Shown here piece after piece: positions 7,477-14,755 of a stretch of 20,000 nucleotides of DNA. Below the pieces are notes generated by a model. It was not told the DNA's origin. It made no database searches and was given only the letters and a program-made list of their open reading frames with translations. Made by a program: the position numbers and the translations under genes. The first letter of the stretch is position 1; each line of letters starts with the position of its first letter. The DNA comes from an uncultured virus (IMG/VR IMGVR_UViG_3300038417_000443). Taxonomy: Duplodnaviria > Heunggongvirae > Uroviricota > Caudoviricetes. The DNA is taken from IMG/VR virus record IMGVR_UViG_3300038417_000443; one strand, written 5' to 3'.

Positions 7477-8095
7477 TAACACAATGGGGTATATAAAACT
7501 TCTCCTGAATAACTGGAACGGGATTTAATCCCCAACCAGAGGGAACAAGGAAAAATCCAACACCGCAGTTCGGAGGATTCCATGAAGCGATTAAGTTGGA
7601 AATACATAGCAGGTCTCGTTGATGGTGAAGGTTGTATAGATTTTCAATGTCACGTTGACCACAAGACCGACAAGCCAAGGCTTTATCTTGTACCAAGATT
7701 AAGGATAGCCATGGCAGCCGTTGGGAAGGATCTTCTTGAATTGATAAAAATTCAGCTTGGTGGAAGCCTGTGGCTGAAAAACAGAAGCAAGAACCCAAAT
7801 TGGCAAGACGCTTACTACTGGCAGGTTTCTGGTAAGCTTATGAGGCCGGTTCTACAAAATATAGTTAATCACCTGGTATTGAAGCAAGAGCAGGCAAGGC
7901 TTTGCATCTGGTGGATAGATAGGTGTATGGGTAGACAGCTTAGTAAACTTAATGAAGTTGAGTCGATTAGGCAATGTGCCCGAGACGAATTAAAAGCTAT
8001 GAAACTTGACCCGCAGAGACTAAGCGGAGAAGCCGTTAAGAAACTAACCCAGTTAATTAACGGATGCGATAGTCCAACCGAATGTTAATCGGCAG
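7477..8095 (+). mobile_element. Group I self-splicing intron (619 nt) in the major capsid gene
   Basis: P1 TATACCT/GGGTATA (7470-7476/7487-7493) with U7476.G7487 at the 5' splice site. P3 CTTCTCC 7499-7505/GGAGAAG 8026-8032. P4 CTGG 7513-7516/CCAG 7536-7539. R element GCAGAGACTA 8013-8022. P7 GACTA 8018-8022/TAGTC 8070-8074. P8 CCGTTAA 8033-8039/TTAACGG 8057-8063. P9 CCGA 8078-8081/TCGG 8089-8092. Terminal omega-G at 8095. Confidence 0.9.
7582..8088 (+). CDS. Intron-encoded LAGLIDADG homing endonuclease (single motif)
   Basis: YIAGLVDGEGCI motif near the N-terminus, LVLKQEQA downstream, 168 aa, SD GGAGG at 7572-7576; lies inside the group I intron. Confidence 0.92.
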   Translation: MKRLSWKYIAGLVDGEGCIDFQCHVDHKTDKPRLYLVPRLRIAMAAVGKDLLELIKIQLGGSLWLKNRSKNPNWQDAYYWQVSGKLMRPVLQNIVNHLVLKQEQARLCIWWIDRCMGRQLSKLNEVESIRQCARDELKAMKLDPQRLSGEAVKKLTQLINGCDSPTEC

Positions 8096-8968
8096 CAGGT
8101 ATGGTCGTCCAAGACGATCGTTAAGTGGTATGAATATTGTTTTTTGAGCAGAATTTGTAACACCGATTATGAAGGTGAAATTAAGAACCAGGGTGACTCG
8201 GTTATAATCCGATCAGTGCCCGATACCACTGTCGTGGATCATGCTATAGGTCAGACAGTGACATATGAACGCCCCGTGTCAACAGCGATGACCCTTCTTA
8301 TCGACAAAGGTAAGAGATGGGCTATCGAGCTTGATGACATCGTGGCGGCTCAGACAGATCTCCCATTGCTGACAAAGTTTACTGACGATGCGGCAATGCA
8401 GTTGAAGATCAGTATTGAGTATTCTTTTCTGCAAGACTCAACCATCTATAGTGGGATGGGCGCCTACATGACAGGGGCAACAGCCGGTCTTAAGACTGGG
8501 TTGTTTGACCTCGGTGGGGCAACTGTAGCTCTTGCCAAGACCCTAACCCCTACCAACGTCCTTGATTATATCATCGATGCAGGTACGGTGTTGGATGAAG
8601 CTCTTGTTCCAGAAGTGGGTAGATGGATGATGATTCCTCCTTGGGTTGCTGGCATGATCAAGAAGTCAGACCTCAAGGATGCTTCTCTTACAGGTGATCC
8701 TAAATCTCCTATAAGAAATGGCCTCATCGGTTCTATCGACAGATTTGAACTTTATTCAAGCAATCTGCTCTATAGTCCAGTTGCCACGGTATACCAGATT
8801 CTGTTTGGGGTTCCGCAGGCAATTACGATGGCTACTCAGATTGTTAAAACTCAACATATTCCTACTCCTTCCGACGCATTTGCGGAAAGAGTTCGTATGC
8901 TTCAGGTTTACGGCTATAAGGTCATTAAGCCCAATGCATACGGTTGCATCTATGCAATCAAGGGATAA
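8096..8968 (+). CDS. Major capsid protein, exon 2 (spliced product 312 aa; P22-coat/N4-like HK97 fold)
   Basis: The frame of ORF 8144..8968 extends upstream as QVWSSKTIVKWYEYCFLSRICNTDYEGEIKNQGDSVII. Capsid-like motifs: LDEALVPEVGRWMMIPP, IRNGLIGSIDRFELYSSN, LQVYGYKVIKP. Confidence 0.9.
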   Translation, partial: QVWSSKTIVKWYEYCFLSRICNTDYEGEIKNQGDSVIIRSVPDTTVVDHAIGQTVTYERPVSTAMTLLIDKGKRWAIELDDIVAAQTDLPLLTKFTDDAAMQLKISIEYSFLQDSTIYSGMGAYMTGATAGLKTGLFDLGGATVALAKTLTPTNVLDYIIDAGTVLDEALVPEVGRWMMIPPWVAGMIKKSDLKDASLTGDPKSPIRNGLIGSIDRFELYSSNLLYSPVATVYQILFGVPQAITMATQIVKTQHIPTPSDAFAERVRMLQVYGYKVIKPNAYGCIYAIKG

Positions 8969-8980
8969 GATTTAGAAACT

Positions 8981-9055
8981 TGAGGTAGCGCGTGTCGAAG
9001 GGTTAGGCGAAAGCCGAGGTCGCGCTGAAAAGGATAGGGGTGCTATCCTACTTCA
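8981..9055 (+). ncRNA. Candidate structured RNA (three-way junction) between the capsid gene and the tRNA; may also act as a terminator or processing signal
   Basis: Closing stem TGAGGT 8981-8986/ACTTCA 9050-9055. Stem AGCGCG 8987-8992/CGCGCT 9021-9026 encloses a GGC-GAAA-GCC GNRA hairpin (9006-9015). A GAAA linker leads to stem AGGATAG 9031-9037/CTATCCT 9043-9049. TTTTATTT follows. Confidence 0.45.
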
Positions 9056-9063
9056 TTTTATTT

Positions 9064-9138
9064 GCCCATGTAGCTCAGGGGGAGAGCGCCTGCCTTACAC
9101 GCAGGGGGGCGGTGGTTCAAATCCATCCGTGGGCACCA
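9064..9138 (+). tRNA. trnV: tRNA-Val (anticodon TAC)
   Basis: Acceptor GCCCATG/CGTGGGC, D-arm GCTC/GAGC, anticodon arm CCTGC-CT-TAC-AC-GCAGG, T-arm GGTGG-TTCAAAT-CCATC, discriminator A and encoded CCA. Confidence 0.93.
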
Positions 9139-9218
9139 TTTTTTAACAATCAACTACCGGACGTAGAGCAAAGGCTAACTTTCCGGGAAGGTTTCATACA
9201 GAGAAAAGAGGTTTTATC

Positions 9219-9695
9219 ATGGGTGCTACAATAATTTATAGTGGAACAGTTGCAAGACAGCCAGCTCAGGGTGAGATGAGGCGGTTTATTGTTAGATCGA
9301 GGATAGATGGAAGAGTTACACCGCTTAACCCCTCTTCTACCGATACCCAAAAAGCATTTTTGATTCCAGCCGGATGGTTGGTTGAGAAGGTTTGGGCAAG
9401 ACATATTTATATTGGAGCCTATTCTGGAAGCGTCCAGTTAATAGATTCTGATGCGGCTACATGGGGAGCAACATTTGGATTTGGGGCTCAGAATGTGGGC
9501 GCAACCGTTGGTCTTGGTGGTGGAGCAACCGCTCTTCTTTCTGCTCAGGCAGCGGCTGGTGGAAAGTTCTTTTTGGCAGCCGGAGACATGCGTGCTACAT
9601 TTACAGCAGCTACCTACTTCGATGGTTGCATCGATGTTTTTGCTTCAGTGATTGATATGGCTACGTATGAAAGTCCAGCAAGCTGGAGTGATTAA
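9219..9695 (+). CDS. Putative capsid cement/decoration protein
   Basis: 158-aa Gly/Ala-rich, beta-sandwich-like protein; first CDS after the capsid gene; SD AGAGG. Confidence 0.55.
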   Translation: MGATIIYSGTVARQPAQGEMRRFIVRSRIDGRVTPLNPSSTDTQKAFLIPAGWLVEKVWARHIYIGAYSGSVQLIDSDAATWGATFGFGAQNVGATVGLGGGATALLSAQAAAGGKFFLAAGDMRATFTAATYFDGCIDVFASVIDMATYESPASWSD

Positions 9696-9700
9696 TAGTT

Positions 9701-9749
9701 ATGCGTGGTTTTACCTTAAAATCGCAGGGTAGAACCGCGCATTTTTTTT
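9701..9749 (+). terminator. Rho-independent terminator
   Basis: 17-bp stem ATGCGTGGTTTTACCTT/AGGGTAGAACCGCGCAT with three G.U pairs (consistent with folding on the + transcript), 8-nt loop, T8 tract at 9742-9749. Confidence 0.8.
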
Positions 9750-9795
9750 GGAGGGGCGAGGGGCCCGGCGATAATGGGTTTAAAAGGAGAAACAT

Positions 9796-10053
9796 ATGTT
9801 TAGAAGATCTTTTTGGAGAGTTGGAACATTGGGCCTTGAGGGTTCTAAAAAGAGTGCCTATATAACTGTTCTTGCCCGCGATGCCGATAGTAATATTATT
9901 TTATGCACCTTAACTGCAACCAACCAGCTTCCAAACCAGGTAGCAGGTTATGCTGTCGGGTGTATTCTTATTGATCAGCAAGCCAGTGCGGGTACAATTT
10001 ATAGTAATCGTGGAACTGCCTTGCTCTGCACATTTACCCAAGTCAACGCGTAG
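9796..10053 (+). CDS. Putative virion decoration protein, paralog A
   Basis: 85 aa with SD AGGAG. Aligns by eye over its full length with the N-terminus of the next ORF (WRVG.LG.EG, I.VLAR.A..NII, P..V.GYA.GCILI, IYSN.G....C.F). Confidence 0.65.
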   Translation: MFRRSFWRVGTLGLEGSKKSAYITVLARDADSNIILCTLTATNQLPNQVAGYAVGCILIDQQASAGTIYSNRGTALLCTFTQVNA

Positions 10054-10062
10054 GAGGAGACA

Positions 10063-10539
10063 ATGCTTAGATCAGGAAAATGGAGGGTTGGGTGGCTTGG
10101 TTTTGAGGGTGACCCGATTGGTCCACATATAAAAGTTCTTGCCAGAAATGCCAACGATAATATTATAATGGTCATGGTTGACTTTACGGTAAATATTCCT
10201 AACCTGGTTAAGGGATACGCCATGGGTTGTATTCTGATTAACAGCCAAACTGGGGCCATCTACAGTAACGAGGGTTCTACAACGTCGTGTTCTTTTGTGG
10301 CTTCAAGCGGGGGCGGTACTGCTGGTGCTACCGGTCAAACCGGACAAACAGGACAAACCGGACAAACCGGAGTACAAGGAACCGCCGGAACGGCGGGAAC
10401 AGCGGGAACCGCTGGTACGGCTGGAGTTACCGGAGGCTATGGAACTGCTGGAACTGGTGGTGCCGCGGCAGCGGGATCTGTTATTCTGTGGCTTGCCGGA
10501 ACATCATATCAGGTTCTTACCAAAGTCAGGGATGTATAA
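10063..10539 (+). CDS. Putative virion decoration/fibre protein, paralog B, with a collagen-like G-X-T/G-T-A arm
   Basis: Same N-terminal domain as 9796..10053, followed by [46 protein letters not shown] and a short C-terminal segment; SD AGGAGG. Confidence 0.72.
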   Translation: MLRSGKWRVGWLGFEGDPIGPHIKVLARNANDNIIMVMVDFTVNIPNLVKGYAMGCILINSQTGAIYSNEGSTTSCSFVASSGGGTAGATGQTGQTGQTGQTGVQGTAGTAGTAGTAGTAGVTGGYGTAGTGGAAAAGSVILWLAGTSYQVLTKVRDV

Positions 10540-10566
10540 TTAATTAAATTTCTCAAGGAGGGGGAA

Positions 10567-11424
10567 ATGAACTGGAGAGTTGTGTCGCCTGATTGGTGTG
10601 TCTTTGGGAAAAGAATTGCCTCAATGCTTGGTGTTGAATGTTCTGATAAGGCCGAGGGTGCAGGGGCTGCAATCTTTATAGAAATGTTTCCCGGCATGAT
10701 TGAGGAGGCGCTTCGATATAAAAATACCCCCAAGATATGCTGGTGGACAGGAACGGATGTCAGGGTGTATTTAGAAAATAAAGAAACCTATGATTTTGGG
10801 AATTCCGCCCACGTTACAGATACGCCTTGGCTCATCTATCAACTAAGCAAAAAGGTTAACCCCGTTTGTTTCCTACCAATGCCGTGTTCACTAAATAGTG
10901 ACGCGCCACCTCCTTATCCAAAAGACCCATCAATTTTACTCTATCTATCCGACCATCAAGCAAGGGATATCCCTCGCTCGATTGAGTTTATTAAGCATAA
11001 TCAGTGGTGTCCTATTTTTGTGGTAAGCGGGTTAGGGGTCCGTTTGCCAAAAGCTCTTGACGGATTTTCTCAATCAAATGTAAATTTGATAGGACAGGCC
11101 ACCTATGGAATGATGGTTCATATTTTTGAGAAAACTTCCATCTATGTCCGTTTCATGCATTTTGATGGGATGAGTCAGCTTGTTGTGGAATCAAAGTGTC
11201 TTGGGAGGCATGTTGCGTCCACGGTTATGACCCCATACTGTGAATTAATTGAACCAGATTTTAGCCAAGCGGAGATTTCTGAGGGGATTAAAAATCTAAT
11301 AAAAGATCCTCCAGACGAAGCTGGAAGAGAATGGTATAGAGCTCTTTTTAATTTCAAAACATTTGGAAGAATAGTGGGGGAGATTTGTAATGAGAAAAAA
11401 TGGGAAGTACCAAAGGGGCTATAA
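10567..11424 (+). CDS. Putative GT-B fold glycosyltransferase (GT4-like, divergent)
   Basis: CWWTGTDV (resembles the HGsDv motif) and C-terminal YVRFMHFDGMSQLVVESKCLGRHV (E/D-x7-E nucleotide-sugar-binding motif); first gene of the sugar cluster. Confidence 0.62.
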   Translation: MNWRVVSPDWCVFGKRIASMLGVECSDKAEGAGAAIFIEMFPGMIEEALRYKNTPKICWWTGTDVRVYLENKETYDFGNSAHVTDTPWLIYQLSKKVNPVCFLPMPCSLNSDAPPPYPKDPSILLYLSDHQARDIPRSIEFIKHNQWCPIFVVSGLGVRLPKALDGFSQSNVNLIGQATYGMMVHIFEKTSIYVRFMHFDGMSQLVVESKCLGRHVASTVMTPYCELIEPDFSQAEISEGIKNLIKDPPDEAGREWYRALFNFKTFGRIVGEICNEKKWEVPKGL

Positions 11425-11932
11425 GAAATGTTGTGAAAGAGGAATATGTGCGGTTATCCATCCCAGTGTAAAAATTGGTAAGGGGGTTCGTTTCGGGCAT
11501 TGCGTTGTAATAGAAGAAAATTGTGTAGTTGGGGATAATACTTTTATTGCAAACTTCGTGGTATTGAGACCGAATACCATTATCGGAAAAGATTGTGTAA
11601 TAGGCCATTTTTGCGTTCTTGAAATGGGTGTAAGGTTGGAAGATGGGGTTCATATCATGCCCCAGTGTCACATTACAATGGGGATGGCAATTGAGCAGGG
11701 GGCATTTATCGGACCTGGTGTTATTGCCATGAATGATAAAAAAATAGATAGGAACTGGACTCCTCCGATAGTCCGAAACCATGCCAAGGTAGGGGCGGCG
11801 GCGGTAATATTACCCGGAGTTGAAATTGGAGAGGGGGCTTTTATTGGCGCTGGTTCTGTGGTAACTAAAGATGTTGCTCCAGGGAGTACGGTAATAGGAT
11901 CTCCCGCAAGGAGTGGAAAAGTAATTACATAA
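11390..11932 (+). CDS. Left-handed beta-helix (hexapeptide) N-acyltransferase, WxcM/WbpD-like
   Basis: Repeated [IV]G..[VC].I hexapeptides, FIGPGVIAMNDK, and C-terminal IGAGSVVTKDV...GSPAR. Confidence 0.88.
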   Translation: MRKNGKYQRGYKKCCERGICAVIHPSVKIGKGVRFGHCVVIEENCVVGDNTFIANFVVLRPNTIIGKDCVIGHFCVLEMGVRLEDGVHIMPQCHITMGMAIEQGAFIGPGVIAMNDKKIDRNWTPPIVRNHAKVGAAAVILPGVEIGEGAFIGAGSVVTKDVAPGSTVIGSPARSGKVIT

Positions 11933-11943
11933 AGGAGGGGGAT

Positions 11944-12879
11944 ATGTCAAGGATATTAGTCACGGGTGGTGCCGGGTTTATCGGATCGAATTTAACAGAG
12001 GGTTTACTAAAAAGAGGGCATTCGGTTAGGGTACTCGATAATTTTTCAACAGGAAAAATGAGTAACTTGGTATTTGATAAAGAATATCCCCTGGAGATTA
12101 TAAAAGGGGATATCAGAAGCCTCCCAATATGTAAAAAAACATCTGAAGGAATGGATTATGTGTTTCACTTAGCAGCCATTCCTTCTGTCCAATTGTCCGT
12201 AGAAGATCCAGGGCCTTCAAATGCGGTAAATTCAGGGGGTACCTTTAACGTTCTGCTTGCCGCGAAAGAGAAGGGGGTGAAGAGAGTTATCTTTGCAGAC
12301 TCTTCTGCTGTTTACGGGGATACATCAATTTTGCCGACACACGAAGATCTTCCCCCGCATCCACTTTCTCCATATGCTTTACAAAAATATACTGGGGAAC
12401 AGTATTGTAAACTTTTTTATAAGTTGTATGAACTCGAAACTGTTTCTTTAAAATATTTTAATATATTTGGACCGAAGCAAGACCCGAATTCAGAATACTC
12501 TGCTGTTATCCCTAAGTTTATAGACGCCCTTCTTAATGGAAGGCCTCCAGTTGTTTTTGGGGACGGAGAACAGTCAAGGGATTTTACTTATATTGAAAAT
12601 GTGGTACATGCAAACATCCTCGCTATGGAAGCAACCTTTCTTTACGGAATGGTACTTAATGTTGCATGTGGAAGAAGATTTTCCCTTAACCAATTACTGG
12701 TTGTCTTAAAAAGAATTATTGGGTCTGAAATACAGCCAGTCTATTCGGGACCACGACCAGGGGAGGTAAGGCACTCTTTGGCGGACATAAGTAAGGCAAG
12801 GGGTGTACTGGGGTATGAGCCGACAGTGGATTTTGAAGCTGGGTTGAAAAAGACAGTTGAGTTTATGAGGGGAACTTGA
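11944..12879 (+). CDS. NAD-dependent NDP-sugar epimerase/dehydratase (UDP-GlcNAc/GlcNAcA 4-epimerase-like extended SDR)
   Basis: LVTGGAGFIGS, VFHLAA, SSAVYG, catalytic SPYALQK (YxxxK), YFNIFGPKQDP..YSAVIPKF, GDGEQSRDFTY. Confidence 0.92.
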   Translation: MSRILVTGGAGFIGSNLTEGLLKRGHSVRVLDNFSTGKMSNLVFDKEYPLEIIKGDIRSLPICKKTSEGMDYVFHLAAIPSVQLSVEDPGPSNAVNSGGTFNVLLAAKEKGVKRVIFADSSAVYGDTSILPTHEDLPPHPLSPYALQKYTGEQYCKLFYKLYELETVSLKYFNIFGPKQDPNSEYSAVIPKFIDALLNGRPPVVFGDGEQSRDFTYIENVVHANILAMEATFLYGMVLNVACGRRFSLNQLLVVLKRIIGSEIQPVYSGPRPGEVRHSLADISKARGVLGYEPTVDFEAGLKKTVEFMRGT

Positions 12880-13079
12880 AAATAGAAATAAGTAAGGAAG
12901 AACTTATTTGCCTACTGTTTTGGTATTATGCTTTTAGCGACAACGTGGAATACCAGGATATCGATAGGAAATTGTTTGAGAGGCTCTGGGCCATTTTAAG
13001 TCTTTACAAAGAGATTCCGTTAAAAGATTTTGGAATCTCTGGGGCACCGAGATACGAGCCGGGGGAGGGACCGAGATGA
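12876..13079 (+). CDS. Small hypothetical protein
   Basis: 67-aa ORF coupled at both ends (TTGA and ATGA overlaps) with a GAGGGG SD. Confidence 0.55.
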   Translation: MKIEISKEELICLLFWYYAFSDNVEYQDIDRKLFERLWAILSLYKEIPLKDFGISGAPRYEPGEGPR

Positions 13080-14737
13080 GTAATCCGCTTGTTTCCATTA
13101 TTATTGGAAACTATAACAAGGGAAGGTGGCTGACCGAGGCTCTTTTTTCTGCCTTTGGTCAAACATATTCTCCAATAGAAGTTGTTTTATACGACGATGG
13201 ATCTACGGATCAGTCGCCGATTATTTGTAGCGCTTTTTCGGGAGTACCGAATTTTGTATATTCAAGAGGGAAAGAGTGTTCTGGACGGTGTTCGGTATCC
13301 TATGCCAGGGCGTTGGCTTTAGCTAAAGGTGAGTATGTGGCGTTTTTGGGGTCGGATGATATTTTAACTCCTTACCATGTTGCCGACTTAATGGAAGAGG
13401 CAATCAAAGACCCTAAAATAGATTTCTTGTACAGCAATCTTCTTTATATAGATGAGAATAATAAGATAATTGGAGGGCCATTTTCACCGCAGGAAGATAC
13501 TATTTTTGATAAGTGTTCTATAGGGCTTGTAACCTCCATTGTAAAGCGCAGCATTTTAATGGATGTCGGGGGGTTTGATGAAGCCCTTACATTTAGTGAA
13601 GACTGGGAATTAATAATAAAATTATTTAGAGCAGGGGCGGTAAGAAAGTATGTTGATGTGGCAGGATTTTTAGGGAGAAGAACGACTGGGGAGGCCACGA
13701 TGTCGAAGGTGGCCGGATCGATACTCCCGAACTTTTCCGATAAAAGAAGAATTGAATCCCATACGTATATTAGAAAAAAGCATAATCTCCCAGGCCCATG
13801 TAGGTGCGGGTGCGGGGTTGGAGAAATTATGCTTCCACCGATAGAAGGAGATCCAAGAATATCGGCATCAATGATTGTTAGGGATGAGGAAACGGTTCTT
13901 GAAGAATGTCTCAGGTCGATTATTGGAATTGATGAAATAGTAATCTTGGATACAGGCTCTACGGATGGAACCTCCGATATTGCCAGAAAATATACTGATA
14001 AATACATATTTGGAGAATATGCGTGGAGTGATAATTTTGCAGAGGCAAGGAATGAATCCTTAAAGAGATGTACTGGAGATTGGGTATTAATTATTGATGC
14101 GGATGAATATCTTGAAGAGGGTGGAATCCGAAAAATAAGAGCTCTTATAAAAACGATTCCTGCAAACGTTTCTGCAATAGGATTTAAAACGATAGCTAAG
14201 AACGGAAACCTGATGCACGAGTCCGTCAGGCTGTTTAGGAACAACATTGGGGTTCAGTGGCACGGCCCGGTTCATAATTATTTAAGTGTGAGATCCCAAT
14301 ACTCCTCTGACATTTCTCTTTATTACGGGTATTCTCCCGCCCATGCAAAAGATCCGGATAGGGCGTTTAGAATATTGAGTAAAGAGATTGAAAAAACTCC
14401 CGGAGCTCTTCGGGAGAGATTTTACCTGGCAAGGGAGTATTACTACAGGCAGAAATGGGAAGAAGCGATTGAGCATTACAGGATATATCTTGAAAAGGCT
14501 CATTGGCCCCCAGAGAAGGCTGAGGCCTGGATGCAGGTATCCAGGTGTTACAATAATGTGGGAATGAATTTTGAGGCACGTCTTGCTTGTCTAAGAGCTC
14601 TTGAAATAAACGCAGACTTTAAGGATGCGTTGAATTGGATGGGGGCCTTGTCCCAAGATCCAGAGGTAAGGAAGAAGTGGGAAGCATACGCCACTCTTGC
14701 CGGAAATAGCAACACCTTATTTTGTTCCACAAGATAG
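13076..14737 (+). CDS. Tandem GT2-GT2-TPR glycosyltransferase
   Basis: First GT-A domain: PLVSIII, YDDGSTD, FLGSDD, GGFDE..EDWEL. Linker PCRCGCG. Second GT-A domain: ISASMIVRDEE, LDTGSTD, NFAEARN, IIDADE, GPVHN. C-terminal TPR-like helices: FYLAREYY..WEEAIEHY, EARLACLRALEINAD. Confidence 0.9.
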   Translation: MSNPLVSIIIGNYNKGRWLTEALFSAFGQTYSPIEVVLYDDGSTDQSPIICSAFSGVPNFVYSRGKECSGRCSVSYARALALAKGEYVAFLGSDDILTPYHVADLMEEAIKDPKIDFLYSNLLYIDENNKIIGGPFSPQEDTIFDKCSIGLVTSIVKRSILMDVGGFDEALTFSEDWELIIKLFRAGAVRKYVDVAGFLGRRTTGEATMSKVAGSILPNFSDKRRIESHTYIRKKHNLPGPCRCGCGVGEIMLPPIEGDPRISASMIVRDEETVLEECLRSIIGIDEIVILDTGSTDGTSDIARKYTDKYIFGEYAWSDNFAEARNESLKRCTGDWVLIIDADEYLEEGGIRKIRALIKTIPANVSAIGFKTIAKNGNLMHESVRLFRNNIGVQWHGPVHNYLSVRSQYSSDISLYYGYSPAHAKDPDRAFRILSKEIEKTPGALRERFYLAREYYYRQKWEEAIEHYRIYLEKAHWPPEKAEAWMQVSRCYNNVGMNFEARLACLRALEINADFKDALNWMGALSQDPEVRKKWEAYATLAGNSNTLFCSTR

Positions 14738-14755
14738 GGTATAAGGAGGGGGAAA

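Noticed and set aside
8144..8968. Capsid protein starting at TTG8144, as in the ORF track
   Set aside because: There is no SD, and the frame continues upstream to 8096 where it joins exon 1 across a well-formed group I intron.
8981..9055. Hammerhead ribozyme reading of the three-way junction
   Set aside because: A GAAA junction is present but the CUGANGA catalytic strand is absent.
9064..9138. tRNA as a prophage attachment site
   Set aside because: There is no integrase or duplicated tRNA 3' end in the window, and phage structural genes continue on both sides.
9157..9186. Hairpin CCGGA...TCCGG downstream of the tRNA
   Set aside because: Only a 5-bp outer stem with a weak interior, which is not enough to call a feature.
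9040..9234. 64-aa plus-strand ORF
   Set aside because: It runs through the tRNA-Val gene and is a chance open frame.
13444..14247. 267-aa minus-strand ORF
   Set aside because: It is an antisense shadow of the GT2-GT2-TPR gene, Ser/Ile/Phe-rich with no recognisable motifs.
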